Positions 36,501-48,220 of a stretch of DNA of 64,000 bases are shown piece by piece. Positions within the stretch are counted from its first letter, which is position 1. Every line of letters starts with the position of its first letter. Under the pieces are notes generated by a model. That model had not been told where the DNA came from, made no database searches, and was given only the letters and a program-made list of their open reading frames with translations. The translations under genes were made by a program, and so were the position numbers. This DNA comes from Balanoglossus misakiensis. Taxonomy: Eukaryota > Animalia > Hemichordata. The stretch spans positions 3,848,110-3,912,109 of the forward strand of contig CM082584.2 of assembly GCA_040954595.2 (NCBI GenBank), read 5' to 3'.

Positions 36501-38962
36501 TTTAGGTTTGATCGAACAAAGGACTTTATTACTGTTTCGAACTGAAAATTTCCCCTGTCCATGTGGACAACTAATTTTCATCAGTCCTTTCGCTCGATGA
36601 TTATTTCCCGCCAAATATGCTAATTTTCACCTGAGGGGTCTTATATCCGCAACCAAATACCCTCGCTAGCCGTTTATAACCTCTAAATGTACACTTGCAG
36701 TTTTCAAGCCATACTTTTTATGTCAGATTTTATCGTAACTTGGAAATGTTCATGTCTAGTTTCCAGATGGCTATTTGGAGGCACAGAAGAATAAGGAAGA
36801 ACAAGAGAATAAAAGCTCTCCAACAAGTGGGAAGGGAAAAGGCAAAGGAAAGAAAAGGAAAATATCTGGTGCGTAAGGCCGTTCATTATTTACTCATTAC
36901 ACCCTGATTGCATTCAGAATTGTCCTTTGGAGCTGGAAGAAAAATAGGAAGATTTTTTCTGTGACATTTGGAGAATAACTCCAACCAATAGTTTTATTCT
37001 GAGTGTTGATAATTCCAGTTGCATGGATAAATGTTGTCATGCCTTTATACAATTCTCCAGGCTCACCAAGAAATAGCCCAGCCAAGAAAAGTAATATGCA
37101 GATACCCAGTCTGGTCAAGAAATTGGTGAAAGAGGATGATAACAATAAAAAACTTTGGGATGAAGTTGTACATCAAGTCAAACAAGGAAAGGTAAAGAAG
37201 TTTGTATTATAATTGCAAATTCTGTAAAAAAAATTGTCATGCTGCCACGGTCATCATGTTATAAATGCAGGCAATTTCAGATGTACTGCTATTTTTTAAA
37301 TTTTTGGTCATTTTGTCAAAAATCAGTCTTATCTCGATATAGCATTAGTGAATGCCATTTATTAGCAAAAATTAAAAGCATATCGCAAGATTATTTGGAG
37401 ATACCAATTTTATCAAGTTGCAACTCGTGGTGCTTTAAACCGTTTCGCCACCAAGGTTCGGTCCAAACCCTGTGTTTTCTGTGGTAGAGGGAATTTGGGG
37501 TGAAAGGGTTAAAAATACCATTTTGTTGCTTGAACATGCGCATAACCAAATTCAAGAGTATATGATGTAAAAGGATGGTTAGTGCATAACAGAGTACAAC
37601 AACATGTGTCTTGTCTGTATTTCTTTACTGCACAGGATTGTGGTCATGTTTCTCATTTACATCACTTTAGATCAGATGTTTATATTTTACATTTTGCAAA
37701 GTACATTTAAAGGGACAAAGTCTCTCTCTCTCGCTGCCGTTTCCCATTAATTATGTTTGATACAAGACACTGTTTATTTTATTCTACATGTGGATATATA
37801 GCTAATCAACATTCGACTACACACAACTTCCATCCCACTTGTAGACACGAGAGTGAAAAACTTGTCAAAATGAATAATCGGTGTTTACTTTGTCCCTTTA
37901 AGGTTGCCTTGTATCTAACTATGAATCAGATTGTTAAACTTGCTCCCAGATATCAGGTTTGTATCCCTTAATCATGAATTTGTATTTTTTTCTACCCAGA
38001 ATTTTGTTGAAGCAGTTGAAGAAGTCTTCATGTGTATCTGTTGCCAGGAAGTTGTATACCATCCAATCACTACACCTTGTCAACATAATATATGCAAGGT
38101 AGGTATGGCAACCCACCAACCAACTAATCAAAGTGTACATTGTATGTAGGTATGGCAACCAACCAATCAAAGTGTACATTGCATGTGTTGATATCAAAAT
38201 GTATGTACAATTATTATGAAGATCCCTCTCACTGTACTGTTTGTAAGAGTCTGTACATCTTGTTTTGTTTATGCAAAATTTTGCATAGAAAAATTATATA
38301 AGTTGTCTCTATTGTTTGATATTCAAGGGCGTAAGTTTTTCATCCGTTTCTCAGGAAATGGTTGTTTGCTAATGTCAGTACATGTACTATGCTTCAAAAT
38401 AGTAAATGTCACATTTATAGATGCACTCCTTTGACTCAAATGTCCAGTGTACTGCATGTAAAATTGATATCATAGATTTTATTGACACGTTTTGAAAAAA
38501 GGAGTGTTTGAGCAACAGTGATGGTGTCATAATGTACCAGATATCAGGGTAACTCTGCAGATCTTCACAATCCAAACATTCCTATATGATTACTATATAG
38601 GACTGTCCAATAGGAGTCTTGTTGGACTGATTGCTATAGGAATCACATGGGAAGGTTTTTTTTGTGAGGGTTCTAGAATATTTTGTGATTTCTTGGGCTT
38701 AGCTGACAAGATATTGTGGCAGCTTGTTCACAATGGGTGATGAAATTAACAAACACCATGTTTTATTCGTGCATACATGTATGTCACTCACAATAATATT
38801 CCTCTTTAATTACAGGACTGTCTGCAGCGATCTTTCCGAGCCCAAGTCTACTGCTGTCCTGCCTGTCGGAATGAACTCGGCAAAGGGTTTTCCATGGCCA
38901 CCAATAAACCTCTGCAGCTGGCTTTAAAGGAAATCTTCCCAGGTTACGAGAATGGCCGGTGA
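24555..38962 (+). CDS. UHRF1: E3 ubiquitin ligase UHRF1 (UBL-tandem Tudor-PHD-SRA-RING)
   Basis: Exons 24555-24707, 26274-26537, 27346-27866, 28946-29108, 29442-29610, 30393-30579, 31152-31272, 31807-31914, 32283-32387, 33996-34102, 35074-35236, 35813-35950, 36760-36868, 37061-37191, 38000-38098, 38816-38962 join in frame. [61 protein letters not shown]-terminal FPGYENGR. Confidence 0.97.
27891..28158 (+). mobile_element. 5'-truncated copy of the piggyBac-like MITE
   Basis: Matches 36185-36450. Confidence 0.8.
29256..29323. mobile_element. MITE family A terminal fragment
   Basis: TTAAAGGGACAAAGTCTCTCTCTCGCTGCCC... Confidence 0.7.
29795..29955. mobile_element. hAT-like MITE; fragment of the same family at ~19232-19290
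   Basis: CAGTGCGCCCTCTAA...TTAGAGGGCACACTG inverted ends. Confidence 0.6.
30762..30863. mobile_element. MITE family A terminal fragment
   Basis: Same left terminus as 13551. Confidence 0.7.
32723..33177 (+). mobile_element. Non-autonomous Crypton-like element, complete, with terminal hairpin 33049-33177
   Basis: Left end TTATTATTATACATCT, internal AGATGTATAATAATAA-GGTTATTACGAAAATACC (33034), right end GGTATTTTCGTAATAACC. Second copy at 2462. Confidence 0.75.
33713..33808 (+). mobile_element. Fragment of the piggyBac-like MITE family
   Basis: Matches the 3' end of 36138-36450. Confidence 0.7.
34194..34515. mobile_element. TAG...CTA TIR element (Academ-like) nested in a short TTAA MITE (34163-34580)
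   Basis: TAGCCTGGTCTCCATA...TATGGAGACCAGGCTA, with a degenerate ~9-bp duplication CCTCTTTAT / CCTCTAATA. Confidence 0.75.
34818..35017. mobile_element. Tc1/mariner-type MITE
   Basis: TA-CTGTAAAACACTTTATTTTC...GAAAATAAAGTGTTTTACAG-TA. Confidence 0.8.
35682..35765. repeat. (CATA)n microsatellite
   Basis: Directly visible. Confidence 0.9.
36138..36450 (+). mobile_element. Intact TTAA-flanked piggyBac-like MITE (reference 'empty' copy for the Crypton insertion)
   Basis: TTAA-CCCTAA...TTAGGG-TTAA. Five related copies in the window. Confidence 0.85.
37707..37901. mobile_element. MITE family A, internally deleted copy
   Basis: Both TTAA termini retained, most of the right arm missing. Confidence 0.8.
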
Positions 38963-40009
38963 TAAGTCTTGTGCTGCTCAAGTGTTTTTTTTTTTTTTTT
39001 TGTACAACTGGTTTTGTGCTTGATTCCCCGGCACTTCACACAATGCTGGGGAAATATCTGTTCCGTGGACAGTTCTTGTTGTCGTTTATAGATGTTTATC
39101 TAATTTAGCTTTATTGGAAATGTTAGCGTTCACCTTGTGCCTTTCGCTGATTACCCTTACAACATTCATTATGCACTTCAAAGAGAAAACTTCTATTAAA
39201 CGAACCTAGCTTCCATCCATGCACGCCAGGACACACAGTCTCCGACCAGAAGAAGACTTGATGCGTTGTCGGTTACCAGAACGCTGCTCTCCAACCTGCC
39301 TCAGTTGGCAAAGTATGTAAATATTATATTGACCAACATTTTTGATTCACACAAATTTATATGTCTTCCTTGAATGTCAACTGGGAGGATGAGAGTAGAG
39401 CTTCTGGTAATTGACAATGCAGTCTCTTTTACTTTAAAAACACAAAAAAGCAAACTTTCAAAATGCTGCAATGCTTCCTAAATTTTGTGACATCAAGATC
39501 AGCAGAAAATATTTGACTATAATATCTACTGCTTATGCTAATCGACTGGATAAGAGACCTAGCTGATCATTCTTCTATTTTTATGAGAACTTTAAGTTGG
39601 TTATCTATGGTTGTTATCGTATTGTACTCTTATTTTCAGCAATGCCAGGATACATAATTTTTGAAAGAATTTTTTTATTTGGCAGAGCAAATAGGATAAC
39701 AAATTTGATTGTTTTTGAGTTTTCTATTTAGTTCATTTATCTATAGTTTCTAGATTTACATTATACAGACTGACTATATTTCAAACAACCCTTAGTTAAT
39801 GTTTCATACCAACAGTCTTTGTGTTATTGTAATGTGATGCATGCTTTTGTACTGTGGTGAATATTTCCAATGATCCAAAAAGAATCTCTCAGTTTCACCA
39901 AATGCACGACTGGCATCAAGCAAATCAAATCAATGCAAGCCTAAAAGCATTAGGCCAAAGAGTTGGTGTTTGAACTTGGCATCTTTACTTGCACACCAGA
40001 AATTTGAGA

Positions 40010-40337
40010 TTAAAGGTACAAAGTCTCTCTCTCGCTGCCCTTTTTCCATTAATTATATTTGATACAAGGCACCCTTCTTATCTTATTCTACATGTGGATA
40101 TAATGAATCAACGTTCAACCACACACAACTTCCATCCCACTTGTAGAGGCAAAATGAATAATCGGTGTTTACCATTTATTCATTTTGGCGGGATTTTTAC
40201 TCTCATATCCTACAAACGGGATGGAAGTTGTGTGTCGTTGAATGTTGATTCTCTATATATCCACAAGAACAACGGTGTCTTGTATCAAACACAATTAATG
40301 GAAAAAGGGCATCGAGAGAGAGACTTTGTCCCTTTAA
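40010..40337. mobile_element. MITE family A copy, in the probable UHRF1 3' UTR
   Basis: Same family as 13551-13915. Confidence 0.85.
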
Positions 40338-41653
40338 AGACAGCCAGCTGGTAGGGTTGGCGCAATCCCACATCCCAGTGGCATATTTGAATTGAACTTT
40401 CCTCAGAAACTGAAGATCGGATTGGATGTCATCACTTCTAACAAAATGTGACTGTGTCCAATTATGACGGCTGTCCGCAGAGATGGCGGCTACAACTGAA
40501 TTTTTGTGGATGAAATTTTCAAATTTATCTCTATTAAACTTCTTACAGAGAACAGCTAAGGCATGTGTTTGTCAGACAATCTCTACAAGTGCAAAATGAG
40601 AAGTGGTCCAAGTGACAACACCAGCCATTATATCCATGCGTCCAGCCAGTTTGTTGATTAATAATACTTTGACTGTTGGCACTAAGGTTTTTTATTTTTC
40701 AATTTCATTAATAAAGATTTTAATATTTACTGAAATATTTCAAGACTAACACATAATCTAAATAGCAATTAATATATCTAGTCTATTTTCTGTAGCTTTT
40801 TATCTTTTTTGTCATTTTGTATTACAGCTCAGTAACTGCCAGTTCATTATATCACTGCCATTTTAAACTATTTACATTTCTAGAAACAAAATGTTACCTC
40901 AAATACAGAATAGTCTCTAGTTGATCAAATCATTGTAAGACTTGCACAAGAGTCTAGGTCTTTTTAAACTTAGCGAAGCATGCAATATCGCACCCAGGGC
41001 ACTTAATCCATTGGCATACAGGATGAAGTTTATCAATGTTTAATCTAGACAGGGGGTGGGGGAATTCACCCCCTGTAGACATGTTGCCACCCCCTAGCAA
41101 TTTGTCAAGGGAGGCCAGTGCCCCTTAAAATGATGTCACTTACATGTTGGAGATATTACAGTCCCCCTTTGCCAGAGTGGAATCTCCCCAAATATTCTGG
41201 CAAAGGGGGACATATCCCTCTTGCTAATACCATCCTGAATGAAACACTGGTTTATCCTGAAGAATTTGCTATTTGAATCTCAGTGTGTAGATCAGCTCTG
41301 CCAACAAAAGTTAAGAGGAATCCGTTTTTGGAACACGTCAAGAATTTATTACCACGTGTTACACATGTTCACAGACAACTTTAGTTTGAGTGAATGTCTA
41401 TGGGGAAGAGTATAATGGGGCTAGTTTTGTTCCTAGCAGAACTTTGTTGTTTGTTCGCATAATTCCTAAAAGTCTGTTTGTAAATGGCCGTTGCCATGGA
41501 TTATGTCAGCTGAACAGTTTGAAAACATTACTAGTATGTTATGCTGTGGACTGTTTCTCAGAGAAATGTCTCCAGGAATTGTTGGGAAGTTGATCGGAAT
41601 TGGTTTGTGATCCGGTTTTCATTTTCAGCCTTTTTGAGCCGCATGAATTGGTC

Positions 41654-42115
41654 TTAAAGCCCCATGAGCTGCAACTCGATAAACAATTTTAAGCTTTAAA
41701 TAATCTCGGATATGCTTTTAATTCTGTCTATTGCCTGATATTATATCAAGAAAACATGTATTTATGACAAAATGGCCCCAAAATGAAATATCAGTAAAGT
41801 TGTAAATTCCAGCAAATTTTCAAAAAAATGAAATATCACAATGAAAATGTAATGTCTCAGTGGAGTACATTTTATATAATGCTTTGTTGACGAAGTTTCA
41901 AAGTGGGGAATGCAAGGTTTTCAGTGTATTTTGCAATTTTCCCATGGTGGTGGCCATTTTTCTTTGAAGCAAAGCTTAACGGTTAAAAATTTGCATATGC
42001 ACTCATATTTAGGTTTTATGATACATATTTCAATGCATACATGGGCAAATGTTAGTACAGTTTGAATATAAATGTCATCAAAATTTCTCAAAAGTTGCAG
42101 TCCATGGGGCTTTAA
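41654..42115. mobile_element. TTAA-flanked MITE (Kolobok-like)
   Basis: TTAA-AGCCCCATG..CTGCAACT / AGTTGCAG..CATGGGGCT-TTAA. Confidence 0.7.
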
Positions 42116-43162
42116 ACTGAACAAAGCGATTAAGAACATTTCCCAATGAATGGAGCTTTTCTACAGTCTCATGGTAATTTTGAAATTGCTCAAGTCAGTT
42201 TTACAAAGTTTATGTGGTGTTAGTTTCTTTCTATTGACATAATTCTGATAAACCTGCGCCATTAACATAATTGAGGTTCTTTACATTGTTGTGTTGTTTT
42301 GATGTTACTGCTACAGTAATAAAGTTGATATTTTGACCGAAAAATTACAAGTGTAATGTCTTATTGCTACTAAAGATGGGTAACAAGTAGAATTTCTTGA
42401 CAAGGTCGATAGTTACATGGCTAGAAAACCATAACTTAAAGGGAGATGATTGTCTTATGCACATGTGCCAAACCAGAGACTCATGGTTACAAAAATTTGT
42501 ATAGAGTCAATGCCATAAGGCAGTGTCCTGTCCTGACAACAGGCGGCAACTCTAGTCTGTGTGGGAGATTGGGAAAAGACAGCAAATTGGATGAAAAGAA
42601 GGGACAAAACTAGAGTCTGCTAATATGATATGAATGAAATATAGAAGGAAGTGAAGGTAGTCCACTATGTGATTGCTTTCGAATGCAAAATTTGCAGAAC
42701 ATTTGGATTGGGTGTAATTGCACACACAAAATTGTGCACATGCGTTAAAGACGATTGTGGGCCTTTAAGCAAATTTTTGGGCTTGTCTTTAACAGAATTT
42801 TAATCAAGTGCCTTGCACAAAAGGCCCTGAGAAAGCATCTGTTGTAGGGTTGGAAAAGTTGAACAGGTCATATGTCTGTGTTTACGACCATGCATATAGT
42901 CCTGTACTTACAGGTACTGGGACAGCTATGCAGAAGCTGTTCCCAGTAAAAAATTTAGTTGATGTGCAGGTGTTAGTCTAGTCTGTTGCGCTCAAAGTAG
43001 CTGCTAAGCCAGTTTAGCAATTGGCTGAAGTGGCCCCATTTCCTTACATAGACTGGAAGTCAAAAACAGAACTTTCTTAGTTATTTTGTTCAATGACACT
43101 TCATACTAATAGTCTGGCTCTGAGACAGTGTCTGTGGCCTCGAGTTTGGGTTCTACCGTTAT

Positions 43163-43307
43163 CAGTGTTCTCCCCAGAGCAATTACAGAGCAGCGGCTGC
43201 CACTCTGTAATTTTAGGAAAACAATAGAAACTCATAAACATAACAATTGTCCACATTGTTATGTAAATTAGTCACCACTCTGTCAGAAATTCCTGGGGAG
43301 AACTCTG
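43163..43307. mobile_element. hAT-like MITE; second copy in opposite orientation at 54359-54502
   Basis: CAGTGTTCTCCCCAG...CTGGGGAGAAC(T/A)CT(G/A) inverted ends with shared interior. Confidence 0.75.
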
Positions 43308-45116
43308 CTTTAAAACCAAGCGATAAGACTGAAAATACAGTGTGCAAAACATATCATTTGCTATAAGAGCGGACAATCCAACGAGTGTGCTTAAAGGCCT
43401 TGGAGGGAACACAGTAGACTAGCCTACTAGTCGCTTGGTGATTTTTAAATCTCAATACAGACACGTTCCCTACACAGCCCATAGACTTGGAGCAAGTCTA
43501 GGAACACAGCAGAAACTTCACACTGTGTCACAACACTCTCCAAAACATCTCAACACTAACCTGTGTACACCTGTTAACCAGGTTGAAAGTGCATAGGCAG
43601 GTACAGGCAAGTAATATTGGCACCCAAACAAAATTCTTCATGCCCCCCCCCCAGGTCATCACCCCCAGGGTGAATGACTGTCAAGTGTTCTGCCATGTGT
43701 CTTATTTTAATAAACAAAAAGATGTGTTAAGTCCATGGTTGGCATACTTGTCGGAGGTCAAATTTCATCTGAAATTCTTTGTAAGTTTGATCAAAATTAT
43801 AGAAGGATGAAGTGGTCGCTTGGCAACCATATCAGTTCACCATCATGACAACAATGAGTGTCAATATTTAGTGGCAACCTTGAGTGAGGTCAGTTTAGAC
43901 ATGTCAGAACAATGCTTCTACACATAAAACATTAACTGGCAACATGGCAGCAATATTTTGGTAGACTACATTTACTGTTGTACCTGCATCTGTGAAGCCT
44001 TTTCTTGGATTTGCCATGGGTGGTACCGTTACTGGGGTGATCAATCTGATTAAAACCAGATGTATAGGATATGGCGATGTCTTTTACTTGCGCTGTGCCG
44101 TATTCTCTAAGGCGGTCACCTCATACAGTAGTAAAGAATACTACACTCAACATCTTAATTTAAACAGATTGCTGAGGAGATGTCACTTGCATTCCCTTGA
44201 AGTCAATTACAGAATTTGTTCATTTGTTGGTTGAATGTGAGGTCAAGTCAAGGCAGGATTATTAAATTTACAATGACTTTGTGCGGTCAACAGGAAAAAA
44301 CTATCTGTGATTGTCTCCCAGGGAATGCCACCACCTTCCTCTAAAATAAGATGGCCAAAAGTGAAAATTCAGATTACCTATGCCATTGTCTAAGAGCTAA
44401 GTAAAGGCAGTGAGTATAGAGTCTAAGACTTGTGATATTGGGCTACAGTGCAACATGTGAATGAGATGCCCGGTGACCTTGTGAACTGTTTTGTGAAACT
44501 AACTGGCGCATATCATTGGCTTCATAAATCTTACTGCTCAGAGTATAATTTTTGGCGTATTTTGGTTGTGTATCAATTATAAAATACAATGTACATGGAT
44601 ATGGACACAGCATGTACAGATAGTCCACATTATGTTGAAAATTGAATTTAATTCTTGATGTTAATTTTTCGTTCTTGATGTGAATTCATTTGTCAGTAGT
44701 CATTTGACCATTTTGTTGGATGAAAGTATATTGCTGCTCACACATTCTCTGGTGACATATATAACTACGATATCAAAAGACGGTTTCATAATAAAGTTTC
44801 ATAAATTTATTTTTCTCAAAAAAGCTCACAATGGATGACTAATTACAGTAATGGCCATGCAATCAGTAAAAATGTCTTATAAATAAATATGTATAGAGAT
44901 CAACATAACATGTCCATCAAGGAAATGTCTGAAAATACTTGACATCACAATCAAAAGCTGAACTTGCAGCCGAATGACATTACAAATATATAACATACAA
45001 AGTTACAGTTCTACATCACTGTAGTTTCATTGATAAGGACGTTGCGACAATCACGTAGGTTTACAATACAACACACGTCAGGGGTCAATGACTTTACGGA
45101 AGACAGGATATGCGCA

Positions 45117-46496
45117 TTATTAGGGCCCAAGCGCATACCAGCGCTTGGGCCCTATTGGTTTCGTTGGGGTTTTTCTTTCTTTCTTTCTTTCTTTCTTTAT
45201 TCTTCTGTCAATTCTTTGTCGCTCTAGATCTCAGACACCGCTGCAGGTACACTTCTGAAACTTGCTACAGTGGTCAAGGTCAATGAGTAGTCGTGCATTG
45301 AACCCTTGAATTTTTAATTAGTCACGTGACCTGGCGGCCATATTGGATTTTCTGAAAAAATGCAAATCTCAGATCTCAGAAACTACAAGTCAGATCGACT
45401 TCAAATTTGGTGTGCAGGTAGTCTACCTTCTACCCATCATTTTTGTAATTGGATATTTTGCTGTAAATGTTGCAGTTTTTTTGCTACAATTTTTTTTCTG
45501 AAATCTGGCTTAATTTTCAAAAATCTTCTTCTCCAGAACCGGTGATAACTGAGTTACGCGGTTTGGGGTATGTGGTCACCTAACTGATGTCTATCAAGTT
45601 TGCGAAGATCATTGTGATTGGTCGAAGATTATGGCGGCCATATTGGATTTTCTAAAAACCATTGTAAAATTTCAAAAATCTTCTTCTCAAGAACGGGTGA
45701 TAACCGAGTCACAAGATTTGGTGTGTGTGGTCATTAAACAGATGTCTATCAAGTTTGCGAAGGGGAATGTGATTGGTCGAAGATTATGGCGGCCATATTG
45801 GATTTTGTGAAAAACGATTAAAAAGTAAAAATTCCTTTTCTAGCCTTAAAATTGATAGCACAGAAATTCTTTTTATGGATATGAATCATCATATGACAAG
45901 AATAAGCTATAAATATTTTGGTAATTTTGGCAATGACCTTTGACCTACTTTTGACGCATCATTTTTCTGCATATCTAATTCCAGGCTAACCAATAGGGCT
46001 ATAAGTTTGGTTTTTGATGTATGTGGATTTGTATGTGATAAAAAAATTTTGCTACTTTTCATGACCTCTGGTGACCTCATTAAATATGCGCATACCTAAT
46101 TGATGATGAACTAATAGACCTAGAGGTTTTGTTTTTGTTATACATGGACCAGTATGGGGACAAAATATTTTGCCCAAATGTTGGGTGACCTCGGGTGACC
46201 TTTGACCTACTTTTGCATATATCGACATCCACAACAGATACAGCCTTGACGTTTGGAGGTATGGTTTTTGTTGGACATGGACCACTATGGGTCAAAATTT
46301 TCTGCCCAAATTGTGGGTGACCTCTGGGTGACCTTTGACCTACTTAACACTATATCAACACCAAACATAGATATAACCTTGATATTTCATGGGATAAAAC
46401 ACAGCATTATGGTTCTACTCATTAATGATGTGCATATCTAATAATCTGATCAGATAATAGAGCTTGGGCCCGGACAATGCTGCTTGCAGCTTTAAT
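45117..46496 (+). mobile_element. Non-autonomous Helentron-associated element (HINE/DINE-1-like)
   Basis: 5' TTATTAGGGCCCAAGC with a nearby inverted copy, (TTTC)n, internal tandem repeats, 3' subterminal GCTTGGGCCC then GCTGCTTGCAGC hairpin and TTTAAT. Confidence 0.8.
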
Positions 46497-47090
46497 CATA
46501 TTTTTAAGTGCGTACTTCCGCAGTTTCTTCGAAGAACTGTTAGGTTTTTCAAAATGGCGACAAATATGGCAGATCACATTGTGTCAGTGACCGCTAACTT
46601 AACTTTGGAAAGCGGAGTGTCCAGGAAAATCGTGTCGAAAGTCTTAATTTTTGAAACACAGCGTCATTGACGGCACTGTCGCAATAAATATTACAAGTAG
46701 TTTCCAGTGACTGCCATGTAGCCAATGATGTCATCATCAGCCAATGGAAGTACAGATGACGACATGCATAATTACCAATGACACACTTGTTTCCCAAATA
46801 TGGTCATGATTACGACAGCCCAGAGAGAAGGGATTTCCCACGCCTATGGTGTAAAGAAAGCGTGATAGTGGCACAATTTGTGGAAAAAATCTCCAAACAG
46901 TCACGGGGATTTCCATTTTGCTATGCGAAAGTCGTGGAAACGACAACAGGAACACAATCAGCCACGAAATACTTCACGTGTTTTTATAAACTTCACTGAC
47001 TGCTGACGGGTACATCGAAAACGAATGTTTCATAAATATAAAAAGTCTTCACAATTCCCTTAAAATTGTCCGCATGTGAATTTTTGTTTT

Positions 47091-47936
47091 TTAAAAAGAC
47101 AGCTGTTGTGCAAGCATAACTTGACATCCACTTTTAACATGAGTCATGACTTGTTGTTTCAACTTGCAAACTTGTTCTCTGAGTTCTGAGGCACTCAATT
47201 GAAGGTCCGAGTTTTGATTTTTGAGATCTGCAACCTTTTCCTCGAGACGGGAAATGCGTTCCAGTTTGCGCTTTCGGCACTTGCTGGCAGCTACCCTATT
47301 CCTAAGCCTTTTCCTCTCGGCCTTGATGCGCTCTTGAGTTTCCATGTCGATGGGTGACATCGGAGGTGTGCCGTTTGCCAGGAAAACGGGAACAGTCTGC
47401 GGCGGCTCTTCTTGTTTAATTCGTTGGATGCCGAAGGTTGCAACACCGCTGTAGCCGTTCCTCGTTGTGACGGTCGTTGTGCTAACATTTGACGCACCGG
47501 TTGACTGCGGTAACTGCCGAAGTGCCGTGGAAGCACTTCCAGGGAGCGATGTGGTGGTGGTTAAGGGTTGGCTCGTTTCATACTGCTGTGATGGGTCGGA
47601 AATCGCTGCTGCTGTGGTGGATGGCGGTCCTTGTAGCTCGTGTAGATGGCTCAATGCTTGCACGAAGCCCTGAGCAAATTGTTCTTGTTCTGCCGTCACA
47701 TTTTTGGGACAGAGAATTGAAGTTGGTGTCGGAGTAGTAGTTACCGTACCCTGTTGGTTCATAATCAGTTTCTCCAGTTCCGGTGATGCTAATTTCAACA
47801 TCTGAACGTCTGGCGTGGACAACAAACTGTATGTTGACTTCTTCTTTGGTTCGCCCATAAGGTCGAGTGTGAGCGATTTCTTCTTGTCCAGCCACGGGTT
47901 GGGTTGGTCATCGTAAAGTTGCGCTTCCATTGTCAT
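47091..47936 (-). CDS. JUN: AP-1 transcription factor Jun, intronless, 281 aa
   Basis: Delta-domain [55 protein letters not shown], b[35 protein letters not shown]. Confidence 0.97.
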   Translation of the reverse strand: MTMEAQLYDDQPNPWLDKKKSLTLDLMGEPKKKSTYSLLSTPDVQMLKLASPELEKLIMNQQGTVTTTPTPTSILCPKNVTAEQEQFAQGFVQALSHLHELQGPPSTTAAAISDPSQQYETSQPLTTTTSLPGSASTALRQLPQSTGASNVSTTTVTTRNGYSGVATFGIQRIKQEEPPQTVPVFLANGTPPMSPIDMETQERIKAERKRLRNRVAASKCRKRKLERISRLEEKVADLKNQNSDLQLSASELREQVCKLKQQVMTHVKSGCQVMLAQQLSF

Positions 47937-48134
47937 CTGGGCGGTTTTGAGTCCTAAAATCCAATAGTATGAGTCAGAAGTTCTCGGTGATTCACAAATG
48001 TGTGGCTTCTGTTAAATCTTCAGGCAAATGCTAGCTTCGCGGGCCGCTTTGACTTCAGTGTATCTAGACAAACTGCCAGATGCTTGCGTACGTTGAACGT
48101 GTTTCCTGTCTGAATGTGATGAACTCGACAAGAC

Positions 48135-48220
48135 TATATACCTATGATTCATGTTACTGAAAATAGCTCAAAATAAGTGATGTCATCCCTCTAACATTTC
48201 ATTGGACACAAATGATGTAA
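48135..48220 (-). promoter_or_regulatory. Jun proximal promoter
   Basis: On the minus strand: TTACATCA (48220-48213), CCAAT (48205-48201), TGACATCA (48185-48178), MEF2-like CTATTTTCAG (48166-48157), TATATA (48140-48135). Confidence 0.7.

Noticed and set aside
38099-38186. Tandem duplication of the UHRF1 exon 15 donor region
   Set aside because: The second copy lacks the exonic AG context; a simple local slippage duplication.
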